Assembly: GCA_032718475.1 (NCBI GenBank)
Contig: JAUCBJ010005958.1
Coordinates: 21,146 to 85,145, forward strand
Length of the DNA stretch: 64,000 bases
Origin: Nemertoderma westbladi
Lineage: Eukaryota; Animalia; Xenacoelomorpha
Direction: 5' to 3'
Shown piece by piece: positions 1-10,689 of the stretch. Every line of letters begins with the position of its first letter. The stretch's first letter is position 1. The notes below the pieces were generated by a model that was given only the letters and a program-made list of their open reading frames with translations, did no database searches and was not told where the DNA came from. Position numbers and translations under genes: made by a program.

Positions 1-387
1 CTCCGCTTAAGGTCTTGAAGATGCGGTGATCTCGTGAATGTTATGAGTGTTGTTATGTTGTGCGAGATGTGGCGGCCCAATTGTTTTGATATGGTGTGGC
101 ATAGCATTATCAATGCTATGCCGTTTATAGATAGGAGGAATCTGGAAGATCTCAAGAGGAACTACATCAATACCTCATGTATACCTTATGCTGCTCCTGG
201 TATTAAGGCCCCGGTAGCGCTACTTCAATCATTTTTTCAAAATTTTTTTTTAATTTCATCTAGAGCAGCATCTTTATCAAGATTCAAAATTTGAAAACCT
301 TTTAGCAAGATCTGTCTTACTTCTCGAGATATTGCTGTCTGTTCGTTTTACTGTCGGTTTTTCCGTCAGTATGTCTGTCCGTCAATA

Positions 388-3138
388 CTACTAGTATCGG
401 CATGGTGCATTATTCACTCCATGAGGCTGCCAAAGTACAAGATTATGCACTGGCTGGTCCTCACGGCGAAAGCAATGTCCTGCAAAGCGGAGGCGAGTTT
501 GTTCTAGTGTCAAGCTTGGGGAACCAATGAGACACCTCCAATGTTATATAGTGTCTGGTTGGAGATGTTTGCATTGTACTTGACACAATGAACCCGGCGT
601 AGCATTCTTGTGAATGTGCCATCCAGAGATTTGGTGTCCTCAGCAGTTAGAGCCCAGCATGGACTCCCATAGAGGAGTACTGGAACTACTGCTGCTCTAA
701 ATAATCGGACCTTAAGTTTCCGATTAATTCTCGGTGACTTCCAACTCCTGGAAAGCCTATTCAAGGCTGCCCATGCCTTTCCCTTACGTATTCGAAGGTC
801 CTCACCTGACTTCCGGATCCATGATCCCAGGTAACAGAAGTCGTCCACATGCCCAAGCATACCATCCTGCAAGGTTGACACTGTCGATCACAAAAAACTA
901 ATATATATTATGGATAATTGTATTGGGGTTCGTGGGACGGCATTGGACTGGTTCACATCTTATCTCCATGGACGAACACAAGGAGTCAGGATTGGGGAGT
1001 CTTATTCAAAGCACCAAGATATTAAGTTTGGATTACCCCAAGGATCAGTGCTTGGTCCACTACTTTTTTCGATATATACTCGTTCACTATCACAGGTAAT
1101 CAGGAAATACGGTCTTTCTCTCCATTTGTATGCTGACGACACGCAGTTGTATATATCATTCAAACCTATAAATTATGTGGATGCTGTAAGTATAACCGAA
1201 AATTGTCTCAGAGATGTAAGAATTTGGATGAAGGACCATTTTTTAAAAATGAATACAGATAAAACCGAGGTACTATTACTGCAGTCACGATTTGGTGACC
1301 AAGTTGCCCCCATCAAAGTTAATATTGGAAATGATTTTATATCTAACAGCGATCACGCACGAAATATAGGTTTCATCATGGACTCGCACCTTACCTTTAA
1401 AAAACAAATCTCCAATGTTGTACGAGACTCGTTCTACCATCTTCGGAACCTATCTAAAATCAAGCGATATCTCTGCAAACCCGACTTAGAAATCTTAATA
1501 CATGCTTTCATTACAAGTAAATTGGATAATAATAATTCTCTTTATTATGGATTGCCTTCCAAATATATGAAAAAGCTGCAATATGTACAAAACTCTGCCG
1601 CGCGACTATTAGAAAGTGTCAAGAAGCGAGAACACATAACTCCCGTTCTAAAACGACTTCATTGGCTCCCTATTATTAGACGGGTGGAATTCAAATTGGC
1701 AATGTTGTGCTATAAGTGTCTGAATGGCTTGGCACCGCACTATCTCAGCGACTTATTGACGCCATACACACCCGGTAGAGAATTACGCTCGAGCGCGGGT
1801 AATCTTTTGGTAACCCCTCGGTACTCGCTAGAGAACTATGGCAGGCGCGCATTCTCCATTGCCGGGCCACGTGTTTGGAATTCACTACCTTATGGCGTGC
1901 GATCAGCCACCACATTGACAACTTTTAAATCGAAACTGAAAACTGTTTTATTTCAACGCGAGTACCATGATGCGCCTTTTTAACTCATTTTAACTCATTG
2001 TATATATGTTTTTATGTCAACATGTTTTTACTGTTTTTTACCGTATTGTTAATTTTTATTCAAAAGCGCCTTGAAATATGCCTAGAAAGGCGCTATATAA
2101 ATAAATATATATTATTATTATTATTAAGGATGAGCTTATGCTCATCCGACCAGAGACTTGCTGAGACTTTCAAAGTTAACTGTCAAAATTTTGGTCTTTC
2201 TGGAGTTAATAAAAAGACCAACACTAGAAGCAGCATGTTCTAATGAGCTGAGGAGCCGTTGGGCTCCCTCTAGAGATTCTGAGAGTACTCCTAAGTCATC
2301 AGCAAACTCTAGATCAGTTAGGTACTTGGCAGGAATTCCTCGACTTCTGGAGCCAGTAGGTGGAGTTATCATCACCCCATCATCATTATGATGATCTAAG
2401 GACATGCGTAGAACATAGTCAACCACAATTATGAACAAGAATGGTGTAAGTGTGTCTCCCTGGAGGACGCCCCATAACACTTCAAATGGTCTGTGTCACC
2501 ATCAACAGTAGACACAAATGTTGTCGAACCATCGTATACTGATCTGATTGCTGCAATAATTTCATCAGGAATCCCATATAATGAAAGTATGCTGAACATA
2601 CGTGAGCGGGAGACTGAATCAAAGGCCTTGAAGATGTCAACAAAGATAACTTCAAGTGTAGACAGGCAACTTCATGTCTTTCTTTTTTGATAACTATTCA
2701 ATTATCCTTCTAAGTGCCAAAATGGGCTCCATGGTCCCACGACCTTTACGAAACCCATTCTGATTTCCACGGAGCAGTCTCTCAATGGGATCCCTGATGC
2801 GATTTAATCGAATTCTATTGTATAGCTTTGCAGCAATCGAGATCAATGAGATTCCCAGAAAAGAACAATAGAGTGTTAGGTTGCCCTTCTTGGGAACTGG
2901 CACCTTACTTATTTGTTTTCATTTCTTGTGGGACTCTTGTTGTTCGGTACATGTCTACTATGATGGGATAGATGAGCTCTAAACACTCAGGTATTTTAAA
3001 GACCTCAGGGGAACACTATCTACTCCACTGGCACGATTGGTCTTAATGCTCTTTGCAGCAGCCTTCACTTCTGCAAAGGAGATATCGCCAATGGGAATAT
3101 CTGGGAGAACAGACTCAGACACTTTTACTTCTATAATA
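388..3138 (-). mobile_element. 5'-truncated, degenerate RTE-like non-LTR retrotransposon (family A), split by an L2 insertion
   Basis: RT motifs in ORFs 2694-2903 (PKKGNL..QNGFRKGR), 2142-2480 (GVLQGDTL, FADD) and 510-881 (FCYLGSW). 11-bp TSD GTCCGTCAATA at 377-387 and 3139-3149, with a short (TAG)n-type tail at the left end. Confidence 0.85.
869..2126 (+). mobile_element. 5'-truncated L2/CR1-group LINE (RT C-terminal half plus 3' UTR)
   Basis: Open frame from DTVDH (877) through GLPQGSVLGP, YADDTQLY and HITPVLKRLHWLP to the stop at 1983. 3' stem AGCGCCTT(2065-2072)/AAGGCGCT(2087-2094) followed by AATAAA and an (ATT)n tail, typical of L2 3' ends. Confidence 0.88.
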
Positions 3139-5040
3139 GTCCGTCAATAAAAACATACGATCTGTCTAAAAAATGTCCTGTATGGGTTTTCGTGGTCGGT
3201 GAATTCATTTCTGATGTCTTTAATCAAATTTGGCATCGTCGGTTCTGCGCCCATGTGAAGAATACCAGGATTTCACTTTTCGGTCGACTTTTTATTGGAT
3301 TTTTATATATGAAGATTTTTAATTTTTTTTTAATTTATCTTTATTAAGTGTTTTATAGCGCTTATTTCTGTCTTATAACCTGTACATATACTAAATCGTT
3401 TATTGTTTTGGTTAGAATCAGCCCTTGTGTAACCTGTGTTTTTGGTGAAAACCTGGTATTCTTCACATGGGGGCAACTGCAAAGGAAAATATAACGGCAG
3501 AAAGTCTGGTATTCTTCACATGGGCCTTTTGTCTGTATGCCTGTCAGTCTGTCTGTCAAAATATAACCGACAGTCTGACAGCCAAACAGACAATTTGGAA
3601 GTCATCAAATGTTAAAATTGACACTCGAAATTAATTCTGCGACCAGGAAAACCCCTATAGGTAAACTTTTAGCTCAATGCTGTGCCTTTTTCTAATATTT
3701 GTCAGACAGACAAGTCGGATGGTCCATGGTCAGAAAGACCGACAGACAGACATACAGACAAACTAGATTTCATTAAAATTGAAAATTGACCTCAGAAATG
3801 AAATCAGCGACCAGGAAAACCGCCACAGCAAAATTCTTGACATGGTTTTATGCTTTCTTGTTGATAGATATATATTGATAGACTTTCTCACATATTAACA
3901 GACAATTTTTGCGCGGGAAGGTTCAAATTTTAAAGGCAATTATCTCGGAATGGTATTTTTTGGCCTAAAAAAAGCTTCAGACAATTTAATTTTCAACAAA
4001 TTTTCAAAAATTTTGCTCAGAGGGGTTCTCAGATGTGCTCTCTTCAGATATCTCGATCTCGAATTCTCATTGTTTTTTCCAATAAGGAAATAAATGGCCA
4101 AAATTGAATCAAATATTGATAATTTTTAATTTGTCACATTTAAACAATAAACAAAACAAAAAACAGCACCAAAGTGACAATTGTTAATTAATTTTAGAAA
4201 TTTTGCTTCGAGATATCGAAAGAGCATAAATTTTTGATGCGATTTGAAAAATTAAAAAGAAAAATACTCAAGATTGAATCTGCGGAAGGTTTTTGGATTT
4301 TTGTCAAAAATTTGTCAATATTAATTTTTCCAAATTTTTGAAAAATTTGAATTTTTTATTTTTATTCATAATTACAAATCTTCCATTGACCTTCATACAA
4401 ATATTATAGGAAGGGATATAGGGGTCTTTACCGCGAATGATAAGTTTATTTTACCGAAAATAACTTATCTTTTATTGGCGCAATTGTAGGACTAATACCT
4501 CTAAATACAGTTTGCCAACACATTGTTACTATCAATAACCTTCATACAAAGTTATGGTCGTTTCTGACAATGAGAAGTTGCTCTAACAAGACAATATAAT
4601 AATTATGTTCATGTAGCGCTACCGGGGCCTTAATGTTATTCTCAGTGGACGGACACGGGTTAGCATTAATGTGCAATGATCTGACATAGTTTGTTGTACA
4701 GTTTGTGAAATTGTTGTATAAAGTCTAGTTTCTAGTATCAGTGGATGTTATGGTGTTTATTATAGGAAGGGATCTAGGGGTCTTTACCTCAAGTACGACA
4801 AATACAGCTTGCCAACACATTGTTACTATCGATGTTATGGTGGGTGGATCGGTAAGATATTATTTATATATATTTAATTTACTGCTAAAAACGAAGATGG
4901 TTATAAGATAAGTAGTTAAACATTTCTATAATTATCTTTAAAGCAGCACCGAAATTAAATATTTAAAACATTAATCAAACAATTAAATTATTGATTATAT
5001 TCCCTTATACTTGAGGAAATTACATTAGTACTCCAATAAG

Positions 5041-5919
5041 TTATTTTATCTTGCAAGAACTCTTTAGAGTTTCCTTATCACACTTTTTGTCATAGATACC
5101 ATCATCGGGACATATGTTTCCATCGTCTTTATCGCTTCCAGGAACCTCACAGGCTGGCTGCAGTAAACCCAAACTATACTGACCATCTTTTGGAGTAGCT
5201 TCTGGAGCCTGGAAACAAAACGACGGTTTTCCGGTCTCTTCCAACACGTTAGTCGGGCCACGAACAGCGCAACTACGCAGATAATCACGAGCTAGCCCTG
5301 ACTCGACCTTCCTCATCTCCAACCTACAACCCCACGTCACTATGACATAGGGTCGTTGCCGAGAAACCAATTTCGATGGCGTAATGATGTGTTTCCTAAG
5401 ACAAGAACGAGCTACTGCCTTCAATTCATCAACCTGTTGTTTTGAAGCGCATGGATGGTATAGAAACACAGCAGCCCCATGTTCCAATGAGTGGATCCAT
5501 CTTTGTGGTGGGCAATATTCATATTCCCCATAGCGTGGCCACAATGGGCGATGGGGACCGCTCATCGGTAACCCATGGTAACAAATTTCCTCCGATAGAC
5601 ATTTGTGAAGAGGCTCTTTTGTTTCGTTTTCACAAATTATTTCCGAGATGATTTCCTCATCACTTGATTCCTCGGAACTTTCTTCACTCGAGTCGGAGGC
5701 TTCATCACAGCTGTAGGCCTCCTTATTGCAGTACCAGTCAACCTCGATCCCATGATTAGCATCATCACAGTCGCTGTCTGAAATACCCATAGAGATACCA
5801 CCATGCTCCGTGTCTGCAGGATTGATCGCACTACCTGAATTAGCATCAATGGCGAACAATGCAGTGTTCATAGAGAGCGCGAATATAGCAGCCAAATAAA
5901 GTCTAAAGAGATAGCCCAT
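5041..5919 (-). CDS. TP53I13: TP53I13-like / DUF3105-domain secreted protein, single exon
   Basis: ATG at 5919, hydrophobic signal-peptide-like N-terminus, conserved SGPHRPLWPRYGEY..PPQRW.HSLEHGA.VFLYHPC and CLRKHIITP..WGCRLEM motifs. The symbol denotes homology; orthology is not shown. Confidence 0.8.
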   Translation of the reverse strand: MGYLFRLYLAAIFALSMNTALFAIDANSGSAINPADTEHGGISMGISDSDCDDANHGIEVDWYCNKEAYSCDEASDSSEESSEESSDEEIISEIICENETKEPLHKCLSEEICYHGLPMSGPHRPLWPRYGEYEYCPPQRWIHSLEHGAAVFLYHPCASKQQVDELKAVARSCLRKHIITPSKLVSRQRPYVIVTWGCRLEMRKVESGLARDYLRSCAVRGPTNVLEETGKPSFCFQAPEATPKDGQYSLGLLQPACEVPGSDKDDGNICPDDGIYDKKCDKETLKSSCKIK

Positions 5920-6506
5920 TATCAAGTTTGACTATATCATATTATATTAATTCACACAACACAGCTCGTTGTGATTTAACAACTAAATTAAAGTATTAAA
6001 TTACTGATTATATACCTCTTTGTTTTCAAAAGTACTTTATCATTTATTTATTTGTTATTATACCTTTTGCCACCCATAGCCAATTACTGGCGAACCCTTT
6101 CAGGTTGGCTGTAACTGTTGTAAAATACGGATTTGAAGTAAAATATAGCAATTTATGCAAAATCTGGCATTTTTTTGGGACTTAGGGAACATTTATCCTT
6201 ATCTTAATGTATCTTTAGATTTCATGTGACCCAAATATGTTTGAATGCCCCCAATTTTCATGCAGTCCAAGACACAGGTACATAGGGATATTTCACGAAA
6301 AAGTTGTTGGGTTTGGGGGTAACAAGATGCCCTGAATCGAGCCGCGGGGTGTTTTTGTTGAAAATGTGGAAACGGTCGATGGAGGGATGAAGTTATCCAA
6401 TATGAGCCTAATTTGAAAGCAGGAGCTATTGGCTATGGCAGAAGTGATGTCATAAAATATGGAAATCTGCCTGTAGGCTATGGAGAGTGATTCAAATACA
6501 TATTAA

Positions 6507-7996
6507 CCCTATTAGTACCGGGCTATAAAATGTTGTACAAATACCGGGGGTGTGGTCATATTGACCCCTCACTCAAAAATCTACAAATTTTAACAAAACG
6601 TCCGATTTTTTGTTTGTCGTAGATCTCACTAGTACAAATCCGACCGAGAAAAAAATGTCGAATAGAAGTACTGGGGTGGTAATATTGCAGCACCAAAATT
6701 ACAAGTAGTGCACAATTTTCATAAAATTTGAAAGTTATAATTTTCGGCTAATTGTTTTTCAATACAGGTTTTTTGGGCGCAAAATCCATTGGAAACTGTT
6801 TAAAAATGATCTGATTACTATGAATGGCTGTTTTAGTCCTCTACTTATGCAAAAAATGAAAAAAACAAGTAACCATCAGTTTTCAGTTTGAACACAACAT
6901 TTTTAATTCACTTATACGATGCTATAAATTCACATTTTTTAGGTTATCTTGGGCGCTGATTCTAATGGAATACATTTCTAATTTGCTAGATCACTGCTAA
7001 TTGTATTTTAAAAGTACAAGTTTGAGATGTCCAGTGCTGTTTTTATTGATTCCATCGGATTCAGGACCCTCATAAACCCGTATAACGCAAGAAAGAAAAA
7101 TGATACTATCCTTTGATCAAATTTGCTTATTTTCAAAAATTTGGTGCTGGCACAACAATTTTCACCCACCGGCGAAAAATACAGGTTTGAAAACTCTTAT
7201 GGAATTTGTACATATTCCATTGAATTCAGAACCTTAACAAACCCATATAACGCAAGAAACAAGGCGATACAATCAATTAATATATTTGGTGGTTTTCAAA
7301 ATTTGGTGCTAGCACAAAATTTTCCACCCAGTTCCGAAAAATACAAGTTTGAGATGTCTAGTTAGATAATTATTTATTTCATTGAATTCAGAATCGCCAT
7401 AAACCTCTAAAACGCGAGAAATAAGTTGTCAAAATCAATTTAACTATTGAATGGATTTTCAAAATTTTGTGCTGGCACCAAATTTTGCACACTTTTTTGC
7501 ACACAATTTTGATACTCCTGGTGCAACTCGTATATATTCCATCGAAATCTGAGCCCCAAAAAACCCCTATTGCGCAAAAAAAGGTTCAAAAAATCAATTT
7601 ACGAAATTGACATATTTCAAAATTTGGTACTAGCACCAAAATTGGCACCCGCCGAAAAAAACAAGTTTGAAATTTCTAAATTTATTTAGAAGAATTCCAT
7701 ATAATTGCAATCACCAAAAAAACCGGTGTAAATAAAAAATAGAGATGTTACAAATAATATTTAATGAAATGTAATATTCAAAAAACGCCTCAAAAAAAGT
7801 GCCAAAAGAAGGGTTAAAAAATGGTGCTATAACTCGAAAACTTCCCAATATTTTTGAAAACCGTTTTCACTATTACGAAGACAATAGATTTTTAGGTAAA
7901 GTAACAAAATTTCAGATCCCCAACTGCGTTTGTTTCAGAGTTAATACAAAAAAACCACGGGAGGGGTCATATTGACCCACCCCGGGTTTAATAGGG
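6507..7996. mobile_element. Non-autonomous piggyBac element with internal ~163-bp tandem repeats
   Basis: TTAA|CCCTATTAGTACCGGG ... CCCGGGTTTAATAGGG|TTAA (TSD at 6503-6506 and 7997-8000), subterminal GGTCATATTGACCC at both ends, and about 4 repeat units at 7015-7680. Confidence 0.88.
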
Positions 7997-9428
7997 TTAA
8001 ATGTCAATCTTTCCACACCTGTTTTATAACAATATGAGAGATTCTTGTGCGTCTTTTGCTATTCATGAAGAGGAACGTTCACAAAATGAAAAGAAGTTTG
8101 ATCTCACACTTTATTAAACTACAACATTTCCCACTTTATTAAACTACAACATTTCCAAATTTAATTAAACTACGTTTCAGCTAAATTTTCCGACCTTCAA
8201 AGACTAATAATCTGCTTGTTATAAAGTCATCCTTATAATATCAAATCTACCAGAAAAGGACAAATTTTGGTTTAACTTTCAAGAGTTTTAATTAAATTGT
8301 CGAGAATTTTATGTAAAATACAAAACGACATTTTATTAAAAGTTTGGCATTTGGCAGCATTTTGGTCAAATAAAATTTACGGTGTTCATGAAATAATAAT
8401 AATAGGTCTATAATATCATAGATATCTTTATCACGAGCATATTGGAGTTTTGCTTTGATTATCAAAAAAATTCATCATAAATCTGTTCATATTCCCATGA
8501 TTCACTGCCATTATTTATCATATAGATAAATGATAACAATTCTGAATAGGCCTACATATTTATATATCTGATAAACAATGACAACATCTCGAAGGATACA
8601 ACCAAATTTGGTCAGTTCTCATGTTGGTTAAGGGCCCCCCTATTGTTGCATTATAGCCATATTACACGATTCCGCCCTCATCAATAACGTCATGGAGTCA
8701 ACCATGACTTTATTTTATTTATTTACGTTAAACATTATGGCCATGTATGGCCATTTCCCATGACTCTAGAACTATCATTCAGACTCAGGAGTCCATAATA
8801 ATGTGGGGCGAGTCAAAACTGCGAGCCATCAGCAAACTGTTTTAATTATACTTGGCCATTTTCTGAAAGTCTGTGTTGGGGTGTGTGTGTCAGTGTGTCG
8901 GAAGCCATAATATTGTCGGAAGCCAATATCAGAATAGGCCTATATAACTAGCCATAGTATAATTATAACTGTTCTCTTAGATGTCTTGCAGCTTTTGCTG
9001 CACGAACGCCCCACACGTGTACCGTGTGTACTGCATTGTACTGCACAACATCAGCTTTTACATGCTTGACAACAACACACTGATCTGTTTCTGATTCTGA
9101 TCTGATAACATTCTGATCTGTGTGAGGTTGGAAATATAAATCTCGTGCCAAATAGAAAGAGGAATCACCTTCTCCAATTTACTTTCAGTTAATTTGGCCA
9201 CTTTTCTATAGAGCCTGGTCCACTGTGACACGGTGCGGCTGTTTTATCAAATGTTCTAAAACATTAACAACGGCAACCACATTGTTCAACAGTTCCTTCC
9301 TTGAACCTTTGCGCATAACCGCATCTTGATTACCATAAACACAACAAGCAAGGTGCAGTTCACCCAAATGCAAAGTAAAATTTGCGGGTAACCTGCGGTA
9401 TACACTATACAGTTCTTCTCTCTATATA

Positions 9429-9877
9429 TTTAATCCAAAATTATTGGCCGTCGATTCGATCTTAGAATTCAGACCAAAAGGCTTTTTATAGTCAGTAAAT
9501 ACACTTCCTTAAAATCATCACTCACTCGCAGCTACTTCCTTCTCTCATATGGACGACTTACTTTTCACTTCCTTTACCGGTGTTATTTTATGATTATGAT
9601 TACGGCCACAATGATTAATTATACACTTTAACTATAAATTTAGGCGGACAGCTACTTCCTTCTCTCATATGGACGACTTATATTTCACTTCCTTTATGAT
9701 GACCAGGAGTGATAGTGCAGGACCAAGAAAGAGGAAGTGAAATAAGTCATCCATGCGAGACAAGGAAATAGTGCTAGTAGGAGAGGGTTTTAGGAAGTTT
9801 TCTTTACTGACTATAACTATAAGCCTTTTGGGTTGAATTGTAAGAATTTTGAGACTGCCAATTATTTTGGATTAAAT
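9429..9877. repeat. Degenerate foldback/MITE with ~150-bp imperfect inverted arms
   Basis: TTTAATCCAAAATTATTGGC...CACTTCCT (9429-9575) is mirrored by AGGAAGTG...GCCAATTATTTTGGATTAAA (9730-9877). Internal direct repeat at 9529-9575 and 9649-9695. Confidence 0.6.
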
Positions 9878-10689
9878 GTTTTGAATGCTATTTGAAGATA
9901 ATAATTTATTACTCGGGAAAACGTATAATTTTTTCACTAATCTCGAGGTATTTCAATTAGCGAATGCCAGCGAGTTTAATTAAGGGTCGAGATAAATCGA
10001 AAAAAATAATGTTCTACGTTTTTTCCCATGTAATACAGTACGTAATTTTATTTGTAATTTTAATACGTAATTTGTACGTGTTTTAAATACGTACTTTTGT
10101 TGCTTTTAAGTCTTTAATAAAAGATAGAACGAAATAGTGTTAGAAAATAAATTGAATTGCAGTGTTTTACTAAATTTCTTCCTTAGATACTATAACAGCT
10201 TTTGAATGTGTGCATAAAATAATAAATATCGTACAACACAATTTAACAATTTAAAGTAAATCAAATATCTCGAATGTTCTACATTAATTAACTCAAATAA
10301 ATAATTATTATTAATCTGCCTAGACTTTATTTTTGCGCACGTTTGTGGACAAAATGGGGATATTTTAAAGATAACGTTTATTTATATAGCTATACAGTAA
10401 CTTAAGGTTATTATTAGAATCACATAGTTTATTACTGTATTTAAATTTGAATGAATGATATTATTTATGACTTTATTATGTAATATATAAGTGATAATGT
10501 ACAGTTTGAGTACTGCAGTAGGCCTAGTGCTGTTTGGTTTTTGCTAATAAACACTTTAATCTACTCTAAAATTTAACGATATAATATTTTATATATTTGA
10601 TATTTTGTTGATGAGTTCAGTTTCGTGACCGCGAGTCTCTCTCCTTGGATGGTTTGTCTGGATCGATCGGTTTGTCTATTCGGTCAGTT

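Larger units (their letters stand above)
207..4629. mobile_element. Non-autonomous Kolobok-type DNA transposon hosting nested RTE and L2 insertions
   Basis: Perfect 17-bp TIR GGCCCCGGTAGCGCTAC (207-223) / GTAGCGCTACCGGGGCC (4613-4629), each flanked by TTAA (203-206, 4630-4633). RR..YY termini with a TTAA TSD are the Kolobok signature. Its interior resembles 27760-28080 in reverse orientation. Confidence 0.75.

Noticed and set aside
8950-9400. Academ-like transposase remnant (LGELH and VDQAL on the minus strand)
   Set aside because: The motifs are in the wrong order and interrupted; insufficient support.
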